This document shows, piece by piece, positions 1 through 14,200 of a DNA stretch of 64,000 nucleotides. The notes beneath the pieces are model-generated. The model saw only the letters and a program-made list of their open reading frames with translations, was not told the DNA's origin and made no database searches. Position 1 is the first letter of the stretch. Each line of letters starts with the position of its first letter. Position numbers and translations under genes: made by a program. Source of the DNA: Hamiltosporidium tvaerminnensis FI-OER-3-3 (taxonomy: Eukaryota > Fungi > Microsporidia); assembly GCA_022605425.2 (NCBI GenBank), contig CM061246.1:310001-374000 (forward strand), read 5' to 3'.

Positions 1-660
1 TTTATGTAATAAACAATCCTTTACCATTAAATTTTGTATTCAAGTGGTTAAATTTTCGCTTATAAATGTTAATAAAATTGTCTTTAACCAAGTAATTACT
101 AAGTATATATGTTAAAAATACGAACCAAGGATATAAATCAATATCTAAAAATTAAAGAAAATTTAGGTAGAAAATAATAAATATGACAATGATAATTGTC
201 AATATTCATAATCGATATATCTATATTTGTGGTTTTAGATAAAAAGAAAAAGAATTTATTAGGGTTTAATAGAATTGCATCAAAACCATTAAATTATGCG
301 TTTAGTGAATTTTGTTTCTGACTAAATTTCTTTTTACCGCCTTTTCGTCATTTTTTATATAACGAATTCCAGTTTAAAAACACTTGTACAACCTTATTTA
401 CGGTTGTAGGATTTATAATCAGGGGTTATCTGTTTGCAGCTTTATTTACCTTTCATCTTGTTATATAATGGTATAAATATGAAATTAAGAGATACGCTAT
501 TTTAGTGTATATTTAGCTTTTTATAATATTTCTATATGCTCTTTACAAGTCTCACCAGCATTTTTGTACTATATGAAAGTTTCGTTATTCCATCGAAATT
601 TCCGTTTTTCCTGTATTCTGAGAATTATAGTTTAATAATATACCTATATGCTTAGTAATT

Positions 661-1390
661 GGTAGAGGACAGATAACCATACAAAAAACCTTCTGCTTGG
701 CAATGAGTATGTGAAACAGGTGTAAAGCTCATTGTTTGTATTTTTAGTGGGAATAAAAACACATTATATTTTCGGTTGTTTCAATGGAGTTTTATGAGAA
801 GGAGAAGTCTACGAAACGACGAAACTTTTCTACAAATCCTTTTTTGTAGTTTTTTATGTAACTAGATTAGATTGCAGACCGCTGTTGAACATGTAGATAA
901 TTGCCATGGAAATTTCGGAAACCTTGCCTTGCTCATTCGGGCTAGAAGACTTAGAGCCTGTGAGATATAAAAAATAAAACCATTAAAACGGGAAAGCTAA
1001 GGCGGATGTTATGCTTGTTGGTATGATAATTTATAGTATAGTTGGATCTTATGTAAATCTTCGAGATAATCTTAGCTAGATTTTAATTGGGTTCGGGAAG
1101 TGTAGAGTAAGTGGTAATGCTGCATAGTCTTGGGGAAGCCCATAGTAGGCTTCGATCTTTGACTACAGTCTACACAAAAGATGTTAACGATTTCCGAGCG
1201 ACTTGGTGGATCTGTAACTCTGTTCTACATACTTTTTAGATAATAGGCAAGGAGATGTAGGTATTTTAGGAGGTACTGATAAGTATTGGGGTAGCAGTTG
1301 TTTATGTTAAACCTAGAAATGTATTAATGTCATTAAAACAAATAAAAACTTGAAACTGTTCTAAAAAAATATGTGATTTTTTTAAATAAA
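661..1390 (+). mobile_element. SINE-like non-coding retroposon, copy S1 (older, diverged)
   Basis: Colinear with the reverse complements of 28224-28951 and 39893-40623, from ggtagagg...ttctgcttggcaatgag to ...atgtgattttttttaaataaa. Possible degenerate TSD tatgcttagtaat / tttgtttactaat. Confidence 0.85.
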
Positions 1391-3690
1391 GTTTGTTTAC
1401 TAATATTTGGAAAAGTATAGAGTAAATTCTATAATATTTGGTAATAATACAAACTACACAGCAAAAGAAAAATTTCATTCCTAGAATTCAGAACAGGACT
1501 AAAAAATAGGTCAATTGGTCTTACCTTTTTAATTTTTTCATCGCCACAATCAGTTATAACATATGAGAATAAAAAAACATGTATCTTACACAAAATTATT
1601 TATTTTTAATTAAACTCTAGAATTACATCTTTTAGAGAACTTTTAAAATATTATTAAATATGTATAGCTAATTTTTATTGCTATATGTTTTTTCGCTTCC
1701 TGAATTTCGTAAAATCAGAAATAATGTGATTTGCGCGAATAAATATTTCTGGATTGATTTTCAAATTTTTTGATAATTGTTTATTAGTCAATTTGTAAAA
1801 ATTAAAATTTAAAATGTAGTACGTTTCTCTGTATCGTTTATATTGTATGAAGAATAGAGACTGGCATCCGTAAATTTTTAATTTTTTTAAAAAAATATCA
1901 GAGAAAATGTGGGATCATTGGCTCTATAAATCCTATCGAAATCAAGTTGTATTTCAAGACCAAGATTCGTAGATCTTAAGTTTTTTTTACTCCGAATAAG
2001 ATAAAAATGTACAGAAAAAACTCTGACAGCTCAGTAACTTTATTTGAAACTCTAAAACCAATTTCGAAGTTTATAAAAAAGTGAAAAGTAACATACTCAA
2101 ATAATGAATTCTTAATTCAAACTTATTATGACTTGTGTATATATCGAGATTCGCTTGTCGGAAACTGGAATGTAATTACCCGAGAGAAAACAACTATCAG
2201 TATTTAATCTAGTAGTAAAGACACCATGTGGAGAGAGCATAACTACATTAAAAACTATCTGCTTGGCAACAATTAAATGAAATGGTTTTAAAATAATTGT
2301 GGTCATTTTGATGATATATTAACCAGCTGGTTCTATAGGCCGAACTCTTATAATTCCAGGTTATAACAAATTGAAAGAAACGAATTAAAAACTTCCATTT
2401 GTTCATCCTTGACACTGAAAAGTAAAAGAAGTTCGGAATAAGTAAGTAAGAAAAGACACCAGAATCACATGGTTATTTATAGTAATTAAATATTAAAAAA
2501 GTACTTACCGACATTAATCTCGTTCAAAAATTAAGCTCACATTCTAAAAAAAATCTTACACCGTTATAAAAGAAATTTTCTAGATTTAAATTAGTTAATT
2601 TTGCGAAAAAAATCTATATCGACAATCAAAAAAATGTATTAAATATCCGAAAAAGATGTAATTTAGGCTCGAAAAATTCGGTTGAAATAAAAGTTTGAAT
2701 TTTTCACAAAAATTAAAAACTATGGCATGTTTTGTAGTTAGAATTAATGTTTTGATCATTAATAATGCATTTTTTCTGGATTAACTTAATATTTTGCATA
2801 TTTACGAAAGTCTCAATTATATAGCACGAAACATAAAATCAAAAATACGTAGTAAAAGAAATTTATAGCACTTTGTAACAAAAATTGGATTGTTACATAA
2901 TTTTAAATTGTTCAAACCGTTCAAAGAAGGTTCTATAAGCTATTACAATGCCTCAAAAAGGTATTATACACATTGAATTTTTAGTTTAATAATTATGAAA
3001 TTAGAGTTCAAGACAATTATATAATAAACGAAAACTTTTCGAGTAATTTGTAATTTTTGAACAAGAAATAGATTGATCGTAAAAAATCGAAAGGAGTATA
3101 AGGCAGGAAACATTTTTATTTACAAGTATAATGAATAAACTGGACAAAAATTTATATGGTGGAAGAATACCCAGTTATAACAATACTCTGCTTGCTATTA
3201 TATACCCTTCCTTCGAATATGATATTCGACTCGAAAAAATACAAAGTAAAAATATAATTGCTGATAAAACTTTTTAAATGATACTAGACTTATTCAAATG
3301 CTGAATTTGAAAGGTTTTGGTGTTATATTGTTAATTACAAAATATAATTTGGTGTTTTAAAAATAAAAATACAAGAAATTTCAAGCTAAGATAAAGACGA
3401 TTAAATATTTTCAAATTATTCGTTCGATAATAAATGGATATTATCATTTTTACTTATCAAAAAAGTTTATATCAGTAAAAAAAGCAGTGCTCATATTTCG
3501 GAAAATGAACATTTCAGCTATCTGATTCGTCAATATAAAAGTATAAGCAAGTGTAAAATATTTCTGATATAATCTTCAATAAACAATTTTGCTTATCGCA
3601 AATCTTAAAGTAAGATAAACATATCATTGTAGTTTTTTTTACCATTTTAGGAAATTTTGAATCTATAAAAAGAGAAAAAATATTAATCCC

Positions 3691-4833
3691 ATGCAATTCA
3701 CTTCCCTACTCTTTTTTTTCAGCTTAGAAAAATGTTTAAGAAGACTCATAGTTGATCGTAAGAAAGTTGAACATGTCCTAAATGACTTTGATAGCATGAT
3801 TCATATCGAACGAAAATGTTTAAATCTATCTCTAAGAAACACTAATTCGCACGAAGTATGTATAGCAAAAAAATATGTTTTTGATTTTGATGAGATCAAT
3901 GATTCAAAAAAAATATCAGAAGAATTTTATGAGACAACAAATCTGACATATGATGAAATGTTTTCAAAAGACAGCAAAATAAGTTCTAAAGAATATTTTT
4001 GTAATTTTCAGAGCTTGATTGAAAATAATTGCCTAGATATAAAATCATTCAGGACAAATCGTCCTCAGATTTTTAAAGTTTTTGGAGGTTCAAATCCAAA
4101 TCTACCAGAATTGCCATATATAGCCCATACAGAACCATTAAAGTTGTTCAAAAAACCGCCTCCGCCTAAAAAAAAACATTTAAAACAACAACCATCGGCA
4201 CAACAAACAGCTGTGCAACCAATTGGCAAAAAGCTGTCACAAGGAAAACCACCGATTCCGCCTAAACCCGAACATTTAAAAATAAAACCATTAGCAACAC
4301 CAGTTCAATCAATTATAACACCAGTTACAACACCAGCTCAACCAATTACAACACCAGCTCAACCAATTACAACACCAGCTCAACCAGTTACAACACCAGC
4401 TCAACCAATTTCAACACCGGTTACAACACCAGCTCAACCAATTACAACACCGGTTACAACACCAGCTCAACCAATTGCAACACCAGTTACAACACCAGCT
4501 CAACCAATTACAACACCAGCTCAACCAATTACAAACCCAGTTACAACACCAGCTCAACCAATCACAACACCGATTACAACACCAGGCCAACCAATAAATA
4601 CACCAAAACAACCCCCCCAGCCAATAAACATTCCAAAACAACCAGGCCAGCCAATAGCAGAGAAACAAAAAAAATTGTCCAAACCAGAAAAAGCCGAAGA
4701 ATCTTCAGAAAAAGTTAAGAAAAAAGGAGAATGGGATATCGGAAAAGTAGTTCTGATTATTATTTTATCTGTTTCGTCGTTAGTAGCTGTATCTGGCCTT
4801 GGATATTGGATCTACATTACCCACATTAAGTAA
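3691..4833 (+). CDS. Pro/Thr/Gln-repeat (mucin-like) predicted type I membrane/surface protein, paralog A
   Basis: 380-aa ORF with CCC immediately before the ATG. Hydrophobic N-terminus, PITTPAQ/PVTTPAQ repeats, and a C-terminal TM helix (VVLIIILSVSSLVAVSGLGYWIYI). Conserved paralog at 48100-49575. Confidence 0.85.
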   Translation: MQFTSLLFFFSLEKCLRRLIVDRKKVEHVLNDFDSMIHIERKCLNLSLRNTNSHEVCIAKKYVFDFDEINDSKKISEEFYETTNLTYDEMFSKDSKISSKEYFCNFQSLIENNCLDIKSFRTNRPQIFKVFGGSNPNLPELPYIAHTEPLKLFKKPPPPKKKHLKQQPSAQQTAVQPIGKKLSQGKPPIPPKPEHLKIKPLATPVQSIITPVTTPAQPITTPAQPITTPAQPVTTPAQPISTPVTTPAQPITTPVTTPAQPIATPVTTPAQPITTPAQPITNPVTTPAQPITTPITTPGQPINTPKQPPQPINIPKQPGQPIAEKQKKLSKPEKAEESSEKVKKKGEWDIGKVVLIIILSVSSLVAVSGLGYWIYITHIK

Positions 4834-5564
4834 AGCCAAAAAAAGTTTTTTTTTTTTTCTAAATTTATATAATCTGCAAACCTAAATAGACATTAATATG
4901 AATATTAAATATTTTTTTATCTTCATATATAAAATAGTAACTACGTTGAAATCATCATATATCTAATTATACTTAAACTTACCTTGCTAATGCATTAAAA
5001 GACTATTGACTTTAAATACAAATCTGGCCAGCGATTGTATTTATATATCTTACATATAAAATATTTTAATTCAAAAAACAAGTTTAAATTTAATAGAAAA
5101 AATATAGAAATAATCCAATAAAAATATTGGGCTATTTAAAATTCTTCGTATGAATCTAATAATTTTTCGGTAAAAGAAATAATTCACATATGGCGGTTTT
5201 ACTTTCAAACATTTTAAATGAAAAGTTATTCCACCCAAAGCCCGATTTAAAATAATATTTAGATTCTTTCGAAAATAAAAGTATCAAAACAAAAAGTATA
5301 CTGATATTTTATTAAATGATTGCTTAAATGTCGACAGATTTGGTTTATAATTAATATAAAAAAATAGATTTTCTAACTCCGTTAGATTACTTAAACTGAT
5401 AAAAAAATATATTTTGGCGTACTTTTAAATTAATAATTTAGATTTATTTATGTATGCTCATGTTGTTTATATTTTATAGGAGTTGTAATTTCGATGAAGA
5501 AAAATACCCGTTTGTAATTTTTTTTCTGTTAAAAAAATAAGGCTAAAAATCGTGTTCTCGTGTA

Positions 5565-5690
5565 AATAGCGCGACTCTTTTTATGTTTTATATTGAGAAA
5601 AAATTTAGCTGCTAAAATTGCGTTGTGGTGTGAATAGCGACTCTTTTATGTTTTATATTGAGAAAAAATTAGCTGCTAAATTGTTGCCAT
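5565..5690. repeat. ~68-bp tandem duplication
   Basis: aatagc(gc)gactctttt..atgttttatattgagaaaaaatt(t)agctgctaaa occurs twice here but only once in the duplicated arm (~43490-43560). Confidence 0.75.
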
Positions 5691-7387
5691 AGTCGAAAAT
5701 GAAGTTCTTCGAAATGTAGGATTTGTCGCAAATGTACTTATATAAATCATTTTTTCACACGATTTATAAATAATGTACATCTTAAAAAGTATTAGTATTT
5801 TGTGTTTTTGCATTTTTAACTTCCTTTTTTCATAACAGCTGTTAAGATCGTCAACGAACTTTATTTTACATTTAGTAAAGAAAATAAAGAGTGTCGATTA
5901 CAATTTTAAACTTCATTATCTTAGTCATAGTTTCTTGACCTTTTTAATACGAATTTTATTCTCATTATGTCTGTTTCTAGTACATTTTTTATTCTTTCAT
6001 TTCTGAATCATTAACAGCTTATGAGAAACTTTCCAATAAAAATTTAGGTTTTTTTAATCTGCAAATTTTTCTTCTTTCTTTTATTTACTTCCAATTTTTT
6101 AGAGCCTCGGCTTTGCTTTGTTATTAAGTCTGTTAAATTTGGAGTCTATTTTTATTCCATCTGGTCTTTCTTCTCGATTGAAATTTTTCATCTAAAGTTT
6201 TCTTTTTGTGAAAAAAGACGTTTTTTTAACTGAATACTGTATTGCCTATTTATTTATTTTATAACTTCTTATTACTTTTTTTTTCAATTAAATCAAGTAT
6301 TAAATTCCATATTATTCTAATTAAATTTTTTTAGGCAATCAATTTATACTGAGGATAAAATAAATCGCAAATTGAAAGGGCAAACATGCACCTATCTTAT
6401 CTTACAATCGTTTACTTATAGCGAAAAAATTTTGAAAAAATCCAAATAAATCAATTAAATTAATTTTTTTTAAATAAATGGAAAGTTTAGGAAAATTTTA
6501 AAAACAAATATATTATGTTATTCTTGATAAAAAGAAATACAATTTAGAAGAGATTTTACGAATTTAATCTAAAATATTTTTATGAACCAATAGAATTTTT
6601 CAAATTTTTATATGTTCAGTTTATAGAATATTATTGGTTGAGTGTTTTATAAACAAATTGGAATATGCATATCTTAATTGGGGCACACATATTGGTGTCT
6701 GGTAGTATTTTAATTGATTAAATATTTCGAAATGAGTCTTGGTCGTAGGGATATTACAGGAATATATAAATGATGATGTAGAAAATCTAAAGTACTTAGT
6801 ATATACTTATTAAATTATTCCTATGCATGAAAAGTGGCGATCCAAAGTTGTTAATATTTTAAATTTTGTTCAATCCTGCCTACTTTCAATCGAAGATGCT
6901 CATAAAAATATTCAGAAAATTATTTTCAAGTAATAAACATGTTTACAATCCAGGCTATATTCTGACAAAGGGGGTAAGACCATATAAGAACATATTTCAT
7001 AAATCGTACAACAATTACTTTAATTTATTGTGGGCAAATGAAAATTTATATTGAACGATGCAAACTACAAATTATGAAGCTCTAAATTTGACAAAATTAC
7101 CGAAATCATAGAAATCCTTAAAACTATAGTAACCTATACAAACATAAAAAAAATACAAACGAATCAGAAAATATGTAATGAGGCGAAAAACCCGAATACA
7201 AATGACTATAATGTAAACAATTTTATTTTAAAGTTTTTTCTCTGAGACATTTAATTGTTATAACAAAAACAGTAGATAATATGTTTTTTTTATTTTTAAT
7301 GGTCTAAAATTAATGTTACCAAATAAACTTCTTTTTGTTGATCCAATAGAGAAAATAATTAAGTTTAAGAATATAAAACCAAAACTT

Positions 7388-8518
7388 AGCTTTAAAAGTA
7401 AAGTACAGGTTGGTAGAAGAAGTCACTAAGAAAATTTTAGAAGAAGCTCAACTTGCAAAACCATATAACGAATTAGAGAAACTAAAACTTCATTCAAAGT
7501 TATATAATGCAAGAAAAAATGAGCTTGTGAGTGTTAGCGACTCTTCAAGATGGCTAAAGAGAGGAAATATTAGGCCACGAAATGAAGCTGTGTTCTGCTA
7601 TATCCAGGATAGAAATGTATTCTGGGGAGCAGATGGTGTGTGTCAACATTGCGGCAAGTCTGGTAAGACTGTGGATCATCTAGCAACTAGATGTGAAAAA
7701 ATGCTAGGCCATGATTACACTAGACGGCATAATGAAATGGTTCGATGCCTACAACTACTTCTCTTAAATAGATATAAGTTTGCGTCTTCAAAACGAATAA
7801 GGAGTCACTCAGTTCAAGAAATTCTTGATAATGAGTATCCAAAGATAAGAGTGGATACCAGAATAAAAACTGAAGTTAAAATTTAGGAATAACAGACCCG
7901 ACATATTTATTTTAGATAAGAAGAAGAATAAGATAACACTCATTGAAGTAGGAATCACTTCCCAAGATTCACTTCAAATAGTTGAAACTGAAAAACTTAG
8001 GAAGTATGACCTGCTAGCCAATGAGTTGGGTCTTATCTATAGGTGTAGTGTTGAGATAATCCTTTATGTGATGACCTGGGACGGTATTGTGACAAAATAC
8101 CATAAATCTCATCTTAAAGGACTAGAAATACCCATGAATGTAGAGGCATACATTCATCTATAGTACTTAAGAAGACAGTCGAAACAATTTCCTTTGATCC
8201 ACGAAGAGGATTTGAGTCAGGACTAAATGCCGAAGAGAGCTGGGAGAGAGCGTCAATGGGTGTCGTTAAGAGAGCAGAGATACACGAGGGACCAAAACTC
8301 TCTTTAAAGGAGGCGAAGAGAGAGGAAGATGGTGCAAAAAATTTTAAACCAAAAAATAAAGCACCCTTTATTTTACAAGGAGGAACCACTTTAGAGGAAC
8401 CGACCAATAACATAAATGAAGAGTCGGATTTGGAAGAAGAGACAAAAGTGGTTAAAGAGGTAGAAGAAAACATGTAAAAATGGTATAAATATTTTAACCC
8501 AGAATTTTATGAAATAAA
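7388..8518 (+). mobile_element. RLE non-LTR retrotransposon, 5'-truncated pseudogene copy L1
   Basis: Frameshifted match to the 3' third of the 43776-47537 ORF (CQHC..H..C knuckle, RHN, PDI). Ends in the family tail aacccagaattttat. Confidence 0.93.
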
Positions 8519-9634
8519 ATAGAAACAAAGGGGTACACTATAGACCGTGACAAAAAATAAACAATCACATTTTCTTCTTTATTTTCTGTTTCTGTTCATT
8601 TGTTTATTCGATTCGATAACTTTTATCCTTTCAAAATTATATATTTTTTGCTTTTTAATCCATCTTAGTAGACAATACTTTTGTCTTATAGAGTTAATTT
8701 TATGATTATAAGGAGTGTAACTAAAGGATAAGGAAAATCCTTAAAATTATACTGTTGTAGTATAACGTATTACGATGCGTTACATAATTGAACAAAAAAA
8801 TGTAATATAATATAACTGTATGATTTTAATAGATACCCGACCCGTTTCGCATATCTATGCTTTCAAGAAGCACCATAACAAAATAGATGCATCAATATGT
8901 TCCCGAACAACAAAAAATCTTAAAAATACTATTCGAAGCTACATAAACTCTGAAAAAGAGCAATTTATTCCATTTCTTCATACTTTATAGATTTTTATAT
9001 ATATGGTGGTTCCAAACCTTTTTCGAGTTGATTTTTCCGTTGCAGTAATAAATACATAAAGAGGGCATTATAGAATAAAGTTTATAAAATACAACATAGG
9101 CACTATGAACCGTGACATTTAGTAAAATTTCGGGCTATAAATGAGTTTATTCTTTAATATTTTCATATTATCTTTAACTACTTTAATCCTTTCTTTTGTT
9201 TCCGAACTTTTCTTTTATATTTATCGAAGTTTATCTAATCCGAAGGTTTTTTTAAAGTAATATACCCGGTATTATTTTTTGTTTACCTAATTCACCATCT
9301 TCTTCATTCTTAAATTTGCTTTATAGAAGGTATTGGTTACGGATGCATCATGCGGCTTTTAATAGCACTTAATGACGCCAGTTTTCAACTTTATTCGGCT
9401 TCGATTCATATCTAAGCCATCATCGTCGATCAAAAGAAATTTTTTCAACTGTTTTCTTATAATTCTCAAAAAAATTATATATCAAAATTAAATTTTGAGA
9501 TTTATTTCAATTGTACAAAGAATATATGAAAATAATATGAAGCAGTCAAATTTTAATTTGCAAATAAAAAAATATGACTTTCCAGCTAATCGTATATTTT
9601 ATTTGTTAAATAAATTGATCTCTTCCCTCCCTCA

Positions 9635-10468
9635 ATGAGTAACATTATTTATAAGAAAAAATTAGGACAACATATTTTAAAGAATCCCGGTATAATAGAT
9701 TCAATAATTCAAAAATCCAGAATAAAACCAACCGATACCGTTTTAGAAATAGGTGGTGGAACTGGAAATTTAACAGTAAAATTATTGGAAGCTTCAAAAA
9801 AAGTATTATGTTATGAAAAAGATCCAAGAATGGCCAATGAACTTATAAAAAGAATATCTTCAAATAAAGAATACAATAATAAATTTCAACTTTTTGTAGG
9901 AGATGCGATAAAGGCAGATTTTCCATATTTCGATATGTGTGTTAGCAATACACCGTATAAAATAAGTAGTCCTTTGATTTTTAAATTATTGAAATATAAT
10001 TTTAACCGAGCAGTTATGATGTTTCAAAAAGAATTTGCAGAACGTTTATGTGCAAAAGTAGGAACATCTTCATATTGTAGATTATCTGTTTCGGTACAAA
10101 TATTAGCCAAAGTAGATATTATCATGAAAGTAAATAAAAATAATTTTAATCCACCACCAAAAGTAGAATCTGCAGTTGTCAAAATAGAACTTAGACATCC
10201 AAGACCACCAATAGATTTAGAAGAATTTAATAAATTATTAAGAGTTTGCTTTTTAAGAAAAAACAAAACTTTATCCGGCATTTTTAAAAATAAATCTAAT
10301 TTAAACGGATTTTTAATTGAAAACTGCGATAGTAATGAAATACAAGAAACTGTCATTTCCGTTCTTGAAAAATCTGGATTTTCTGATAAAAGAGCTTCTA
10401 AAATGGACATTGATGATTTTTTATTACTATTATTAGAACTAAAAAAACAAAATATAAATTTTAAATAA
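9635..10468 (+). CDS. DIM1: 18S rRNA adenine dimethyltransferase (Dim1/KsgA family)
   Basis: LGQHILKN, VLEIGGGTGNLT (SAM binding), NTPYKISSP, MFQKEFAERL and PPPKVES motifs. ccctccctca precedes the ATG. Confidence 0.96.
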   Translation: MSNIIYKKKLGQHILKNPGIIDSIIQKSRIKPTDTVLEIGGGTGNLTVKLLEASKKVLCYEKDPRMANELIKRISSNKEYNNKFQLFVGDAIKADFPYFDMCVSNTPYKISSPLIFKLLKYNFNRAVMMFQKEFAERLCAKVGTSSYCRLSVSVQILAKVDIIMKVNKNNFNPPPKVESAVVKIELRHPRPPIDLEEFNKLLRVCFLRKNKTLSGIFKNKSNLNGFLIENCDSNEIQETVISVLEKSGFSDKRASKMDIDDFLLLLLELKKQNINFK

Positions 10469-10611
10469 ATTCAATGCTTAAAAGATTTTTATTTTCCACA
10501 TCTTAAATTTTAGTAAAAAAAAAGATATCAAATTAAATAATTAGTGTTACTTTATAAAGTAATCGTTACAAAAAATAAAAAAGAAAATAGATTTCTTACT
10601 TATATAAAACA

Positions 10612-10684
10612 TGCCTTCACCCGGGCTCGAACCGGGGACCTTATCCGTGTAAAGGATACGTGATAACCACTACACTATGAAGAC
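10612..10684 (-). tRNA. tRNA-Val (anticodon TAC)
   Basis: Reverse complement is GTCTTCA-TAGTGTAGTGGTTATCAC-G-TATCC-TTTACAC-GGATA-AGGTC-CCCGG-TTCGAGC-CCGGG-TGAAGGC-A: 73-nt cloverleaf with acceptor stem and TTCG T-loop. Confidence 0.96.
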
Positions 10685-10942
10685 ATAAAATCAATACATA
10701 GAGAATAAAAAAATGATTGAAATAATTGACTAAATATTTTAAATTCTTACATCGCAATTCATTTCTATAATACAATGTTACTGTACATTAATTTTAATAA
10801 ATATTTATATTTTTAAAAACAACTTTCCTTGAAGTAACAAAGCTAATATTTCAGATTCAAATTTAATTTTAGATGTTTTTTTTAGTAATATTATATTTAA
10901 GAAAATCAGAAAAGTAAAATGTCTTTTATTTAAATTACACAC

Positions 10943-11215
10943 CTATTTCATTAAAAACCTTTGATACACACGATGAACCAAAGTACCGTATGTTATACCA
11001 AAAAAAGCTATACCACTACCAATCAACCAATAACCCGGTCTTTTATAGTTTATTTCTTTATTTGTTATTAAATTATCCTTTTCTACCATTGAACCAACAT
11101 ATATAAGCGACATACCGCCTATACACGGTACAACCTTATTTATTCTTTTTTTTATGATGTATTTTGATAAATACAACCCAGAAGTAAAAAATAGTGAAGT
11201 TGATAGCAAAGACAT
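10943..11215 (-). CDS. Small hypothetical membrane protein (2-3 predicted TM segments)
   Basis: 90-aa ORF with ccctta directly before the ATG and Gly-rich hydrophobic helices. Confidence 0.65.
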   Translation of the reverse strand: MSLLSTSLFFTSGLYLSKYIIKKRINKVVPCIGGMSLIYVGSMVEKDNLITNKEINYKRPGYWLIGSGIAFFGITYGTLVHRVYQRFLMK

Positions 11216-11284
11216 TAAGGGTAACGTTTATCAAAAAAAATACAGATTAAAATATATGAGTTGTATAAATAGAAATGGAATTAT

Positions 11285-14200
11285 TTAATAAAATTCTGGG
11301 TTAAAATATTTTTTACCATTTTTTACATGTTTTCTTCTACCTCTTTAACCACTTTTGTCTCTTCTTCCAAATCCGACTCTTCATTTATGTTATTGGTCGG
11401 TTCCTCTAAAGTGGTTCCTCCTTGTAAAATAAAGGGGGCTTTATATTTTGGTTTAAAATTTTTGGCACCATCTTCCTCTGTTTTCGCTTCTTTTAAAGGG
11501 GGTATTGGTTCCTCATGCATCTCTGATCTCATAATAACACCCATTGACGCTCTCTCCCAGCTCTCTTCGGCATTTAGTCCTGACTCAAGTCCTCTTCGTC
11601 GATCAAAGGAAATAGTTTCGACTGTCTTTTTAAGTACTATAGACTGAATGTATGCTTCTACATTCATGGGTATTTCTAGTCTTTTAAGATGGATTTATGG
11701 TATTTTGTCACAATACCGTCCCAGGTCATCACATAAGGGATTATCTCAACACTACACTTATAAATAAGGCCCAACTCATTGGCTAGCAGGTCATACTTCC
11801 TAGTTTTTAGTTTCAACTATTTGAAGTGAATCTTGGGAAGTGATTCCTACTTCAATGAGTGTTATCTTATTCTTCTTCTTATCTAAAATAAATATGTCTG
11901 GTCTGTTATTCCGAATTTTAACATCAGTTTTAATTCTGGTGTCCACTCTTATCTTTGGATACTCATTATCAAGAATTTCTTGAACTGAGTGACTCCTTAT
12001 TCGTTTTGAAGACGCAAACTTATATCTATTTAAGAGAAGTAGTTGTAGGCATCGAACCATTTCATTATGCCGTCTAGTGTAATCATGGCCTAGCATTTTT
12101 TCACATCTAGTTGCTAGATGATCCACAGTCTTACCAGACTTGCCGCAATGTTGACACACACCATCTGCTCCCCAGAATACATTTCTATCCTGGATATAGC
12201 AGAACACAGCTTCATTTCGTGGCCTAATATTCCCTCTCTTTAGCCATCTTGAAGAGTCACTAACACTTACAAGCTCATTTTTCCTTGCATTATATAACTT
12301 TGAATGGAGTTTTCGTTTTTCTATTTCGTTATATAGTTTTGCAAGTTGAGCTTCTTCTAAACTTTTCTTAGTGACTTCTTCTACCAACCTGTACTTTACT
12401 TTTAAGAAGCCTTTTATTAGTGCAAGATGGGTTTTATTATTATTCTCCACCTTGAGGATTGCTGCTCGTCTAGTTGATATTTCTTTACTTTTTTCCAGAC
12501 AATCCAAGAGTTGCAGAAGCATATGTTCGCTTCGCAACTCAACACTATGTAGGCCTCTTCCAAGTTCTGTTCTAGGAAGGTATAAACGCTCTTTACATCC
12601 TGGGCGGAGATGTATCTTATTTTTCACCAATACCGCACGCACTGCATCATCTAACTTAGAGAAGTCAGCCGGTTCAAGTCGAAGTACTCCTATGTGATAG
12701 TTGATTAACGATATCGCATGTTGATTGATTGCAGAAAATAAATTTTTTGCATTTAATCTAGTGTGACAAAGTCTTTCAACTCTTGATATAAGTTTGCTCT
12801 GTACTTCTTCAAATGAGCTACGTGTTGGGATTCCTCTGCTATCTTCTATTATTCCTAAATATTTGTAAACACTAACACCTTCTAGAAGAGTAGCAGTATC
12901 TTCACAACACGTATCATTTGTGGCTGACTTCTCTTTGTTAATCTCTAAGCCAATCACCTCTAAAAATTCCTTTGCCTCGCCTGTCATAGCACTCAATGTG
13001 GAGCTGTCTTTTGCAAGGAGCTTAAGATCATCAATAAACAAGAGATGATTAGTAGAATGGGATTCTGCATCTGTTTGTACTGTCACTTTTGTGTATTTTT
13101 CATTAAGCTTTCGGCTTAATGGATCCATACACAACACAAATAACAAGGTGACAGACTATCTCCTTGCAGGATCCCTCATCAATCTTCTTGCTCATGATTT
13201 TTTCAGGCCCTACTGATATATCAATTTTCCATTTTGATATAATTACCTTAATAAATTTCAGGATCCAATCAGGTAAATTAGGTTTTCAATGCATTGAGTT
13301 AAATAAGCATGATCTATTGAATCATAGCTTTTTTAACATCAATCCATGTTGCCTTAAGATTGTTTCCGTACTCTTTATTTAAGGCAATATTCAGTGAGCC
13401 TGCTCTTTCGCTCCCTGCACACCTCTTACCGCCCCTAGTTGGTTCTCTGCAAGCAACCCTCGCCTTTCCACTTCAAGTTGAACGACTTTCGTTACACACT
13501 TTGTCGTTAACTTATAGAGGTTGGACATACAAGTGATTGGCCTGTAGTCAGAGCCTCTTCGTGGAATTCCTTTCGGTATCAAATACGTAAGCCCGCAGTA
13601 AAACCAATCAGCTTGAGGTGTTCCTTCTAAACATATAACTTTCACAATATCATAAAGATATTTGTGAAGAGTTGTAAGTTTCTTAATGAAAAATTGTAGA
13701 TACCATCAATTCCGCAGCTTTCCAATTAGGGAGCCAATTAATGATATTCACAAATTCATCAAGTGAAGGAAACGTGGTCGGATGATTATCTGATACAAAT
13801 GGAATCAAATAATCATCGTACGTGACTGTGTCATCATTTTTGTTCCACATTGTAGACCAAAACTCACAATTTCATCACGGCTAACCACATGCTCGGATTC
13901 CACACGCTCAGATAACCCACGATAAAATCGACCTCGGAAAGCTCAAACTCTCTCTTTTCGATTGCTTCCTCTTCTGTCTTTTTTTCGTAAACATTCAAGA
14001 CTCTTCTCTTAACTAAGCCTCGAAGATCGTTACGCTGTCGTTTAATTAATCCGCTGTTTTTTAGGCTTTCGTTTCAGTGTTTTCTGCTTACGCCTTCTCG
14101 AGATCTTTGGAAAGTACAACTTAGAATTTTACTTTTGTTTTTTCCGCGGATCTAGGCTTTTCTTGCGTGTTGCCTCGTCTAGATACTGCGCGCTTGCTGA

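Larger units (their letters stand above)
1720..8150. repeat. Left arm of an inverted segmental duplication (partner ~41030-52075)
   Basis: Reverse-complement match over the surface-protein gene, the intergenic DNA and the same 5'-truncated LINE junction. Near-identical from ~3290 rightwards, visibly more diverged for 1720-3290 (e.g. 2035-2105 vs 51690-51765). Confidence 0.9.
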